Shown here piece by piece: positions 40,546 to 49,875 of a DNA stretch of 64,000 nucleotides. Origin of the DNA: an uncultured Methanoregulaceae archaeon (GTDB lineage: Archaea; Halobacteriota; Methanomicrobia; Methanomicrobiales; Methanospirillaceae); contig CAVTTL010000001.1 in the NCBI GenBank assembly GCA_963737635.1, positions 1,440,001 to 1,504,000 on the forward strand. Reading direction: 5' to 3'. Position 1 is the stretch's first letter. The number at the start of each line of letters is the position of its first letter. The notes under the pieces were generated by a model. It was given only the letters and a program-made list of their open reading frames with translations, was not told the origin of the DNA and ran no database searches. Position numbers and translations under genes: made by a program.

Positions 40546-42501
40546 ATGCCGGAGACAAAACACATCGCCATTTTTTTAGGGCTCCTTCTTGTTGTACTTC
40601 TTGCGGTTGCACCGGTATCGGCGAAAGTCGTCACATACAATGGCATCGGTAACGCCGGGACGATTCAAGACGTAATCAATAACGCAAGTAACGGCGACAG
40701 CATCTTCCTTGCCGGTGGAACATATAATGGGAATATCGTTATCGACCGCTCCCTTGTATTTGGTGCACTCGATTCCACCAATCCGCCGCGTATCGTTACA
40801 AGCGGGTCCGGTGCCGGGATTACACTCTCCGCTGACGGCATCACTATAAACGGCGTGACCATTCTGGGCAACGCCTCCACCGGCCTTTTAGTACTCTCGA
40901 ACAACAACCGGATCAGCGCTACTACGATCGCGGGGCATAACACCGGCGTCAGCTTGAAATCGGCGTCCGATAACGTCCTCTCGGGAGACACGATCGCGGG
41001 AAACAGCGTCGGTATCGACGTGGATCGTATGTCCCGTTCCAATACGTTTTTTTTCAACGATTTCAATAATACGCTTGATGCCGTCAGTCAGGCAGAAGAT
41101 AACTCCTGGTTCTCGGCTGGCCAGGAATACCTGTACCATGGGAAGAATTATTCCGGGCCCCTCGGGAACTACTGGCAGGGAGCCGGTGTGACCAATAACG
41201 ACGGCGACGGGATTGGGAATGCGCCGTATACGCTTGCGCCGGCAGGCCAGAATTATCCCGGTGCCATCGCGGTAACCGATCCGGCACCGCTGATCAGTTC
41301 CCTGTCGGCATATACGATCACCACGTCTGCACCATTCACTAATACCACCGTCGCAGGTAATCTGCCCCAGCCGGGGGGATTTGCATCCTCCCCGCACCAG
41401 GGCGATATCCAATCTGCAGTAACTTCAGGATCAGCTTCGTCGCCGTTTTCCGATTTTCCATCCGGGATAACCCCGCAGGGCGGGCCCCCCAACCCGGTAA
41501 TTGGGATCCTCATCCAGTTCTGGTGGCTGATCCCGGTTGCTCTTGTGATCTCCGCTGCGTGCGGCATCTGGTATGAACGATCCCGCAGGCGGAGGTGGGA
41601 TCTTTCTCTGGCACCTGATCCTGTCCGGGCGTCACCGAATGCAACGGTCGTCTCAAAACCCTCCGGAACAGTGTCATCGGAACAGCCCGGGCATGAGTAT
41701 ATGGTCCGCCTGCCTGCCGCACTTGAGAAGAAATACCCGGGTGCAGAATATATCGCGGAAGGCGGGGTTTCGCGGGTATTCAGGGTATGGGACAAGAAGA
41801 ACAATCGCGATGCGGCAGTGAAAATCCCGATCCGGTTCGATGAAGTAACCGGGACCCAGTTCACGAAGGAACTAACCGTGTGGGAGGGGCTCCATCACCA
41901 AAATATCGTGGAACTGTATGCGGCAAACATCTTCCCCCTGCCATTTATCGAGATGGAATATGTCGCCTCATCCCTTGCGGAGATGCATTTTCCTCTCGAT
42001 GAAAAGAAGGCTGTTGCCATCCTCACCGGGATTGCTGAAGGACTGCGGTACGCCCACGACCAAGGGATCGTCCACCGGGATATCAAGCCGGGCAACATCC
42101 TGGTTGCACCTGATGGGAGGCCGAAGATCACTGACTGGGGTCTCTCAAAGGCACAGGGCACAAAACAGTCAGGCCTCATCGGTTTCTCCTTGGAATACGC
42201 GGCACCCGAGCAGCTGGCGCCCAATCTCTACGGAGAGCCGGGGCCATGGACTGATATCTACCAGCTGGGCGTCCTCTTCTACGAAATGCTGACCGGGCAC
42301 GTACCTTTTACCGGGGACGGCATGGGAGAGGTTACCCACGCGATCCTGCACGATGACCCGGTACCGGCGTTAACCGGTGGCAGGGACGCGAATGCCATCA
42401 ACGCAATCATCGCAAAGTGTCTCCAAAAACGCCCTCAGGACCGGTACGCCTCGGTCAGAGATCTTATAGAAGACCTCCACCAGCTCGACCAGAAAGAGTG
42501 A
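40546..42501 (+). CDS. Receptor-type Hanks Ser/Thr kinase with extracellular NosD-like right-handed beta-helix
   Basis: Signal peptide, TIQDVIN...GDSIFL, beta-helix repeats, GNYW/DGDGIG; one TM; AEGGVSRV, AVK, HRDIKPGN, DWG and YAAPE. Confidence 0.9.
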   Translation: MPETKHIAIFLGLLLVVLLAVAPVSAKVVTYNGIGNAGTIQDVINNASNGDSIFLAGGTYNGNIVIDRSLVFGALDSTNPPRIVTSGSGAGITLSADGITINGVTILGNASTGLLVLSNNNRISATTIAGHNTGVSLKSASDNVLSGDTIAGNSVGIDVDRMSRSNTFFFNDFNNTLDAVSQAEDNSWFSAGQEYLYHGKNYSGPLGNYWQGAGVTNNDGDGIGNAPYTLAPAGQNYPGAIAVTDPAPLISSLSAYTITTSAPFTNTTVAGNLPQPGGFASSPHQGDIQSAVTSGSASSPFSDFPSGITPQGGPPNPVIGILIQFWWLIPVALVISAACGIWYERSRRRRWDLSLAPDPVRASPNATVVSKPSGTVSSEQPGHEYMVRLPAALEKKYPGAEYIAEGGVSRVFRVWDKKNNRDAAVKIPIRFDEVTGTQFTKELTVWEGLHHQNIVELYAANIFPLPFIEMEYVASSLAEMHFPLDEKKAVAILTGIAEGLRYAHDQGIVHRDIKPGNILVAPDGRPKITDWGLSKAQGTKQSGLIGFSLEYAAPEQLAPNLYGEPGPWTDIYQLGVLFYEMLTGHVPFTGDGMGEVTHAILHDDPVPALTGGRDANAINAIIAKCLQKRPQDRYASVRDLIEDLHQLDQKE

Positions 42502-42571
42502 GTCGGCAGGCTTGATAAAAAGATGAAGAGATCCTAAATGAGGCCTGCCGCTTCTTAAATCTTCTTTATCC

Positions 42572-42982
42572 TTATTGCGATCCCGGGGTACCGGATGGCA
42601 TGCTTCCCGACGGAGGTGTACCCGAAGGTGCCGTACCGTTCATCATGCCTCCCTGAGGTGAACCTGAGGGTGCCGTACCATTCATCATTCCACCCGGAGG
42701 TGTACCTGAAGGAGCTGTACCATTCATCATTCCACCCGGAGATGTGCCTGAAGGCGCCGTGCCGTTTGCCTGTTCACTTGCCTGTGAACCGGAAGATACG
42801 GCACTTCCCGACTGTCCACCTGTCTGCTGGGAAGTACTTGTGGAACCGGAAGATACTGCGTTTCCCGACTGTTCACCTGTCTGCTGGGAAGTACTTGTCG
42901 AGCTCTGTGTACAGCCTGCAATCAGGATCCCTGCGATGAGGAGTGCCGATGCAATCAGCATAAGTATACTGCTTTTTTTCAT
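42572..42982 (-). CDS. Small repetitive lipoprotein (Ser/Gly/Pro/Met-rich)
   Basis: MKK + hydrophobic stretch + IAGC lipobox; tandem repeats. Confidence 0.8.
   Translation of the reverse strand: MKKSSILMLIASALLIAGILIAGCTQSSTSTSQQTGEQSGNAVSSGSTSTSQQTGGQSGSAVSSGSQASEQANGTAPSGTSPGGMMNGTAPSGTPPGGMMNGTAPSGSPQGGMMNGTAPSGTPPSGSMPSGTPGSQ
42606..42900 (-). repeat. Intragenic tandem repeats: about 4 x 42 bp (NGTAPSGxxxGGMM) and 2 x 57 bp (STSTSQQTGxQSGxAVSSG)
   Basis: Visible in both DNA and protein. Confidence 0.85.
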
Positions 42983-43220
42983 AGAATGAATCACCTGAAA
43001 CTCCGGGTGTCTCCCCTTGTAAGGGCATCCCGTATCTCGTGTGCAAATCCTGCTTTTCGTCTTTGACGATCTCCTTTGAAAGGGAGATCAATCACTCCCA
43101 TCATCACCATGGCGTGTATTATATTCGCTGCATGGAGGGAGTGATATCCTTCATTGAATGGCGATGAATTGAACCGGCAGGTAAACACTATGCCCGCGGG
43201 TCTTCTTCGTGTTGACTTTA

Positions 43221-44804
43221 TTACAGTTCCTTTCTGCCGAAGTTGTGCGGACCCCGCGGGGGCCGTTTCAGGAATATCCATGCCACTATACCGATCACCA
43301 TGAGTACCAATACGCCGACAATCGTGAGGCCCGATGACCCCCCGGAAGCGGGTGCTGCTTTAGCTCCGGCCGATGGTGTAAAGGTCGTCGCACTCGTGAC
43401 AATGGTCGGTGAAGGGGCGGAAGTTACGCTGCTGAGCGTCTGAAGCGTTGTGGTCGTCGTTGATCCTGTGACCGTGATATATGTGGTCCGTGTCACCTCA
43501 TTACTGCCCCCGGCATTGGCTGCCGTGAGCTTGACGGTGTAGGTACCGCTGGTGGAATACGTATGGGACGGATTTTGCAATGTCGACGATTCTCCGTCCC
43601 CAAAGGACCATAACCATGAAGTCGGCGAGTTTTCAGAAGTATCCGTGAACAGGACGGTAAGAGGAACCGCTCCCTGCGTCACATCAGCGGTAAAAGACAC
43701 CCCTGGAGGGGTTACCTCATTAGCCACCGTGATTAGATCCGATTCGGTCGTCACATTGCTTCCCGCCGAATTATACGCTGTCAGTTCGACGGTATATATG
43801 CCGGTTCCTGTATAGGTATGTGTCGCGTTCTGTGTGGTCGAAGTATAACCATCACCAAAGGACCAGTACCATTCGGTCGGGGAATTTGTTGAAGTATCGG
43901 TGAAGTTGACCGTGAGTGGCTCAGGTCCGCTGGTAATATTGGTCACAAATGACGCAACGGGGACGGCAAGATCGATACTAATATAGTCGGTTTTGGTCAC
44001 CGTGTTGCTGCCGGCCTCATTGGTTGCCGTAAGCGTCACCGTATAGGTCCCGGCAGCGGTATACGTGTGAGACGGGTTCTGCGAAGTTGATGAACCACCG
44101 TCGCCAAAGGACCAGACCCAGGATGTCGGTGAGTTTGTCGAAGAGTCCACGAACTGGATCGTCAATGGTACCGTTCCGGATGTTTCTACCGCTACGAATG
44201 CTGCGACCGGTACAGTGGCAACCTTCGTCACCGTAATCGCGCTGGACTCCGAGATCGTATTACTGCCAGCGTCGTTGGTCGCTGTAAGCGTTACCGTATA
44301 GGTCCCGGTACTGGTATATGTGTGAGACGGATTCTGTGAAGTTGATGAACCACCGTCGCCAAAGGACCAGACCCAGGATGTCGGTGAGTTTGTCGAAGAG
44401 TCTACGAACTGGACCGAGAGCGGTGCACTGCCGGATGTTATATTCGCAACAAAAGCTGCGACAGGGGCGGAACCCGATTTACTGACGGTGATGTACCCGC
44501 TTTCAGTGACCGTGCTACTGCCTGCAGCGTTGGTCGCTGTCAGGGTAACGGTGTAGGTGCCCGCAGTCGTATAGGTATGTGAGGGACTTTCTGTCGTTGA
44601 GGTGCTTCCATCGCCAAAGGACCACATCCACGATGTCGGTGAATTTGTAGATTCATCGATGAAGAGCACGTTAAATGGCGCTATTCCGGTGGTTGCATTC
44701 GATACAAACGCTGCCACCGGCGTGGATGTTGCAGATACCGGCAGGATAAATACCAGCGTGGCAAGAAGAAGGCTCAACCCCACCAAGAGGGAGATTTTTT
44801 TCAT
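43221..44804 (-). CDS. Surface protein with five PKD domains and a C-terminal TM anchor
   Basis: Five copies of PVAxF...FxDxSTNSPTxWxWSFGDG...NPSHTY...GTYTVTLT. Confidence 0.92.
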   Translation of the reverse strand: MKKISLLVGLSLLLATLVFILPVSATSTPVAAFVSNATTGIAPFNVLFIDESTNSPTSWMWSFGDGSTSTTESPSHTYTTAGTYTVTLTATNAAGSSTVTESGYITVSKSGSAPVAAFVANITSGSAPLSVQFVDSSTNSPTSWVWSFGDGGSSTSQNPSHTYTSTGTYTVTLTATNDAGSNTISESSAITVTKVATVPVAAFVAVETSGTVPLTIQFVDSSTNSPTSWVWSFGDGGSSTSQNPSHTYTAAGTYTVTLTATNEAGSNTVTKTDYISIDLAVPVASFVTNITSGPEPLTVNFTDTSTNSPTEWYWSFGDGYTSTTQNATHTYTGTGIYTVELTAYNSAGSNVTTESDLITVANEVTPPGVSFTADVTQGAVPLTVLFTDTSENSPTSWLWSFGDGESSTLQNPSHTYSTSGTYTVKLTAANAGGSNEVTRTTYITVTGSTTTTTLQTLSSVTSAPSPTIVTSATTFTPSAGAKAAPASGGSSGLTIVGVLVLMVIGIVAWIFLKRPPRGPHNFGRKEL

Positions 44805-45041
44805 GATATACCTCCACAACGGTGCGGATGGGGATATGCAGCATAAAGCGGGAATTTCATGATTACACCTTTAGGGTACCCGATTCCTCCCTCGTTATTT
44901 ATTTTGAGAATATGAGAATGGTCAAATATTGACTCAAAAGAGAAATTATCAAACCACTTGGTTGTGGATATCCGCGCGCTCTTTAACCGGTATCTTTTCC
45001 GTGCCATTCTGGTATACAACTATAACGAAAAAAGAGGGTAG

Positions 45042-45064
45042 AAAAGGGATCCATGATCCCTTTT
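45042..45064 (-). terminator. Hairpin AAAAGGGATC-CAT-GATCCCTTTT followed by a T-rich tract on the minus strand
   Basis: Perfect 10-bp stem. Confidence 0.4.
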
Positions 45065-45784
45065 TCGCGATCCGGAAAACCCGATGGCACTGCAGATTGT
45101 GCCCCCATCGGGCTCATGACCGGTGACCGATTATTGTATCAGCGGAGTTCTGGAAAAATATCGGGTTCTACGGATGATAGGAAGTGTCGTTCCTTTTTGC
45201 GGATGGTACCACAATACCTCGTCGGGTTTTTCTGCCTTTCCTGATTACGTGTTCCTGATCTCCCTCGTTCTCACGGTGGGTATGTTGCCTCATTTCATCC
45301 ATGAATCAGCTGCAGTGCCGGACACGTGGTGTTGGCAGGTTCTCTCTCTTTTTCCTTCCAACTGAGACGCTTTTCCCCGTGCCGGGGTACGATGCTGGGT
45401 TCGTTCCTGGTCGCTTTTTTGTTTACCTTTCACCTCCCACCGGTGAGTACTTTTTTTCCGGCACTCACCACGCGTGCCTATAGACCCGGGTCGTTTTATA
45501 TTCCCTTCATCGGCAAAGTGAAATTATGTCCCCTTTTCTAAGATTGATTCAACCTGCAGGTGTAAGATATCCGCGTTGTAAACTGCTGTTAAAAAAAGTG
45601 GAAAGACCTGCCCCCTTAAAAAAAATTAACGGGATTTGGGTCCTTTCTTTTCTTTTTTTTGCTTTATCCGGGTCAGGCTTGGCACAACTATTTTGTTCAC
45701 AACCCGCTGGAAATAATATTTCATCAGTACGGACATGGTACGCCATACGCCTCCCGACGGCAGGATGGTAGTGCTGCCATAGAG

Positions 45785-47008
45785 TCACTCACTCCTCAGC
45801 GCATCGATCGGATCCATGTTCGACGCCCTCCATGCCGGGTATACCCCGGAGATAACACAGACCACTACGCCGATGAGCATGGCTGCCGGGACATACAGGA
45901 TACTGGCCGGCTGGAAGAAATACGCTGTCGTGCCGATCATGGCATCTACAACAGAGTATCCTATGATCACGCTGCTGACCCCACCGATACCAGCGCCAAG
46001 GAGACCCAGGATAAATGCCTCGTACACGAACATACGGCGAACTTCGCCTTTTTCCGTCCCGATGGAAAGCAGGATACCAATCTCCTGTATCCTCTCGCTG
46101 ACCGACATCATCATCACGTTAAAGATGCTCACCGCAGCAACAAGGAGCGAGATCCCACCGATAGCCATAATAAAGGTGGTCACCGTGCTCAGTGTGGATG
46201 TCTCGGTTTCCAGCTGTGTGGTGGCGTCGGTAATCCTGACCGCAGGGGTCTTTGCATTCGTGTTGATCTTTGCATCAAGTGCGCTTTCAATGTCACCGAT
46301 GTTGTCAACGTTATTGACGATGACATTAACTTGGCTCCACTCATTTTTCCCGCCATACTGGTCGGTATACCACTGGCTGTTCACCACGATCCCGTTATCC
46401 GTTGAGACACCATCAGCTACGGTTCCCCGCGGTTGAAGAACACCGGCAATGCGGAGCTCGGGCCGGGACGAGGATGAGAACGATCCTATCCTGATACGGG
46501 TGCCAACCTTGAGGTTAAAGTTTTGTGCGATATCTGCCCCGACCAGGACTTCGTCGACCCCAAGATCGGTTGTCCCGTTACCATAGGTCTGGTTCAGTTT
46601 GAGGAACTTTGAGATGTCGCTTGGGTCGATACCATAGATTGAACCCCTGCCGGCAACTGAACTGATCGTGAATTCACCGTTGGTTGAATAGATAGGGATA
46701 ATGGTCCCGTTAGATCCCACAACCGAGGTGATCTTCGTGAGCTCGCTTTTGGTAACCCCTGAAGACGAAGATGAAGACGGGGTGAACCCGGGTGGGCCCA
46801 TCCTGACCGTATCCGATGAAATAACGATAGTATTGGCGCTTGCGGAGAGCTGGTCCTTTACCTCTAATTGCATATTGGTGCCCAGCATCCCCATAGCCGC
46901 AATAGCGACAACACCGATTACAATACCGATCGCAGCAAGCATCGATCGCAGGAAGTTCAGCCGGACGCTCCTGAGCGAGAGGTTAAAGAAGATATCCCCT
47001 TTAATCAT
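45785..47008 (-). CDS. MacB/FtsX-type ABC permease
   Basis: RSMLAAIGIVIGV, NVMMMSVSERIQEIG and YPAWRASNMDPIDALR. Confidence 0.92.
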   Translation of the reverse strand: MIKGDIFFNLSLRSVRLNFLRSMLAAIGIVIGVVAIAAMGMLGTNMQLEVKDQLSASANTIVISSDTVRMGPPGFTPSSSSSSGVTKSELTKITSVVGSNGTIIPIYSTNGEFTISSVAGRGSIYGIDPSDISKFLKLNQTYGNGTTDLGVDEVLVGADIAQNFNLKVGTRIRIGSFSSSSRPELRIAGVLQPRGTVADGVSTDNGIVVNSQWYTDQYGGKNEWSQVNVIVNNVDNIGDIESALDAKINTNAKTPAVRITDATTQLETETSTLSTVTTFIMAIGGISLLVAAVSIFNVMMMSVSERIQEIGILLSIGTEKGEVRRMFVYEAFILGLLGAGIGGVSSVIIGYSVVDAMIGTTAYFFQPASILYVPAAMLIGVVVCVISGVYPAWRASNMDPIDALRSE

Positions 47009-47686
47009 GATTCTGCAATCCTCCCATCCACCAGCCTGATAGTGCGGTGGGCATACTCTGCGATCTTCGGATCGTGGGTTACCAGAATGACGGTCTTTCC
47101 ATCCTTGTGCAGGCCGCAGAGGATATCCATGATCTGGTACCCGGTCTTGCTGTCAAGGTTCCCGGTCGGCTCATCACAGAGGAGGATCTTCGGATCATTG
47201 ACCAGTGCCCGGGCAATAGCCACGCGCTGTTGCTGCCCGCCTGAGAGTTGGGTGGGCCGGTGTTCACTCATGTCCCGGTTAATACCCACCTGTTCGAGGA
47301 GGGCTGATGCCTTGCCCGGTGGTGTCCCGTTTCTTGTACTTCAGAATGAGCGGGTACTCCACGTTCTCGTATGCCGAGAGAAGAGGGATCAGGTAGAATT
47401 TCTGGAAGATATACCCGATTGTATCCCTGCGCATGTGAGTCCGCTCAAGGTTTGACATGTCAGCCACGTCCCTTCCCGAAATAAACAATTTTCCCGACGT
47501 AGGGACATCAAGGATCCCCAGCTGGTTCATCATAGTCGATTTGCCGGAACCGGACGGCCCCATAATGGCGACAAAATCGTTCTCCCGTATGTCAAGGGAG
47601 ACATGATCGAGAGCGGTAAAGTCCCCGCTCTCCAAGTGATACGTTTTTGTCACGTCGATAAGCTGAATAATGGGGGTATCGGTCAT
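47005..47686 (-). CDS. MacB/LolD-type ABC ATPase (frameshift near 47310)
   Basis: GPSGSGKST in ORF 47279..47686; LSGGQQQR and DEPTGNLD in ORF 47005..47289. Confidence 0.88.
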
Positions 47687-47696
47687 ATCCGATCCC

Positions 47697-49076
47697 TCAC
47701 TGTTGTTGTTTTTTCAGCTTAGTGGAGATCCATTTCCGCTTTTTCCACAGGACAATGCCGGCTACAAGGATGATCGCGGCTCCTATGACCGGATAGAACG
47801 AACTAATCCCGGCGCCTTTGCCGCTGGTAAAAAGCGACAGGGTACTGCTGCTGCTGCTGCCTCCGGGCCCTCCCATTTCACCACCGGGGCCGCCACCCAT
47901 ACCGCCGGGGCCTGTCATTGAACTGGCAGAACTGGATGAAGTCTTTGACGTGCTGCTGGTCGTTGAACTGCCGGTTCCCGTGCTCGCGGCGAGATTGAGT
48001 GTCTTTGTGATATTGTAGTCATTACCATCGGCGTCCTTCCAGCTGATAATGACTGGTACGGAAGAGAGATCGCTTGCGGTAAAGGTTAGCTCGAAGCTCC
48101 CGGAGTCGTCCGAAGCGATACTTCCAATGGCATACTCGGGATAGGTCCCCGTACCGGTTGCCGGCGATCCAACATTCACGACCACGCCATAGGCATCGGT
48201 AATACCGGCATTGGTGATATCACCGGTGATATCATAATCCGAACCTGAAGTCGTGAGGGCAACATCGTTGAGGACAGGTACTGCGGCCGTTTTGTCCTGT
48301 CCCATGTTGATCGGTAACACTACGTCAGTGTAATGGGTATTGTCGCCGTTCTGGTAACTGATATTGAAGGTGAGGTTCGATGCCTGGTGGGGGGTAATAC
48401 CGAAAGTAACGTCCGTAGAACTGGAGGAACCGATGGTGGAGACAAGTTCGGTGGATGGGTCGGCATCAATGCCCGATCCCTCTGGGGTGACAACGACATT
48501 GTTGATCTCCCCGCACCGGGTATTCATGAGCGTGAGCGTCACGTTCTGCTCGGCTTCTGGCGCAAACGAGGTCGGTTTTGACGTGACTGCTGCCGTGAGG
48601 CTGTTGGAACTTACCTCGATCTTTATGGGATAATCTATGGCGTTACCATTCTGGGTGTTGAGGGTAAAGAGCGCATAGTAGCACCCGTCCGGGGGTTTTA
48701 CCTGGAAACGGAGTGAGTACGAGATGGTCGATCCGGCACCAACGAAACTCATCCCCTCCCAGGCGTTCTGCTCCAAGACATTGATATGGGAACTAATGAG
48801 ATCCGGATGGGAAAGCCCGATGGCCGATGTCCCGCTGTTGGTGAGGGTGACCGTAACTGTACCTTCATCGCCGGGGAAATACGACGATGTATCCATGGTC
48901 ACGTTTGTGACCGTGACCAGTGCTGCCTGATCGATCGTCGAAGCCGACGACGATGATGAACTGCTCGTGGAACTGCTCGTAGTGCTGGAAGTACTGCTCG
49001 TCGTGTCATCAGCATAGGCCGCTGACACCAGCAGAAGTACCAGAATACAACTAAAAATACACCATTTTATCTTCAT
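47697..49076 (-). CDS. COG1361-like Ig-fold surface protein with poly-Ser/Thr and GGPGG tracts
   Basis: Signal peptide, PGDEGTVTVTLTNSG, C-terminal TM plus basic tail; typical partner of archaeal MacB-type ABCs. Confidence 0.75.
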   Translation of the reverse strand: MKIKWCIFSCILVLLLVSAAYADDTTSSTSSTTSSSTSSSSSSSASTIDQAALVTVTNVTMDTSSYFPGDEGTVTVTLTNSGTSAIGLSHPDLISSHINVLEQNAWEGMSFVGAGSTISYSLRFQVKPPDGCYYALFTLNTQNGNAIDYPIKIEVSSNSLTAAVTSKPTSFAPEAEQNVTLTLMNTRCGEINNVVVTPEGSGIDADPSTELVSTIGSSSSTDVTFGITPHQASNLTFNISYQNGDNTHYTDVVLPINMGQDKTAAVPVLNDVALTTSGSDYDITGDITNAGITDAYGVVVNVGSPATGTGTYPEYAIGSIASDDSGSFELTFTASDLSSVPVIISWKDADGNDYNITKTLNLAASTGTGSSTTSSTSKTSSSSASSMTGPGGMGGGPGGEMGGPGGSSSSSTLSLFTSGKGAGISSFYPVIGAAIILVAGIVLWKKRKWISTKLKKQQQ

Positions 49077-49395
49077 GTTTTCTCCATTTTATCGCAATTT
49101 CCTGACTGCATTACTTCAAGGGAGTTTATTCCGGGTGTGCGACTCCGGGGCAAAGGCCACGTGAACATTCCTGCCCTCGCTGTGCCGGCAACCAAATCAG
49201 CCGCTAAAAATCCCCTCCCAAAGAGATTACGCGTATTTCCATGCAGAACGAGGATGATATATTGACAGCATCTGTGGCGGCGAATTATGTACAAAAACAG
49301 GATATCCTTAACTCAGGAGTTCATGATATCGCACTTCTGTCGTCTGAACGGAAGGGCCTCAGTTCTCCGGAATAAAAGGGCAGGATAAAGGCTGA

Positions 49396-49875
49396 TTAGA
49401 AGTTAAGCCCGGAATCAATTTTTTCCTTGAGGCGTTTGCCGTGTGAGCCATTCCAGTACAGTTTCCTGCAGTGTTCGCACCAGAAAAACGTATATCCGGC
49501 CCGGTCACGCGGCGCATATTCGGCAGACTGGATCTCGTCTTCGGTTGCCTCCCGGAGCAGGGAGTTGCAGATCGAGCACCGGCTCATAGGGAGACGCCGT
49601 TCGACGAGGCCGAGATCAGCAAGCTGTCGCACCTGCACGAGCACATCGCCGTCCGTGACCAGCACCGCCAGATCGCCCCCTCTCCGGGTCAGCTCGTGGT
49701 CCCGGGTCAGGAGGATCCGGTGTTCGTTCCTGGCAAGGGTGAGCAGCTGGGTATCCTCGTCCGCATTCCCGCTCCGGAACCCGTTTGCACTGATCGTGTC
49801 GTACCCCATAAACCGGAGATACCGGGTAAGGGTGCCAAGCATCCTGTCAGCAATAAAGCGGGTTTCAGGAGGCAT
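49396..49875 (-). CDS. Mut7-C (PIN-like) RNase domain protein
   Basis: FIADRMLGTLTRYLRFMGYD, LLTRD, RCSICN and CEHCRKLYWNGSH. Confidence 0.88.
   Translation of the reverse strand: MPPETRFIADRMLGTLTRYLRFMGYDTISANGFRSGNADEDTQLLTLARNEHRILLTRDHELTRRGGDLAVLVTDGDVLVQVRQLADLGLVERRLPMSRCSICNSLLREATEDEIQSAEYAPRDRAGYTFFWCEHCRKLYWNGSHGKRLKEKIDSGLNF

Noticed and set aside
43143-49310. GATATCC upstream of several module genes as a shared operator
   Set aside because: The 7-mer also occurs inside genes, and the flanks are not conserved
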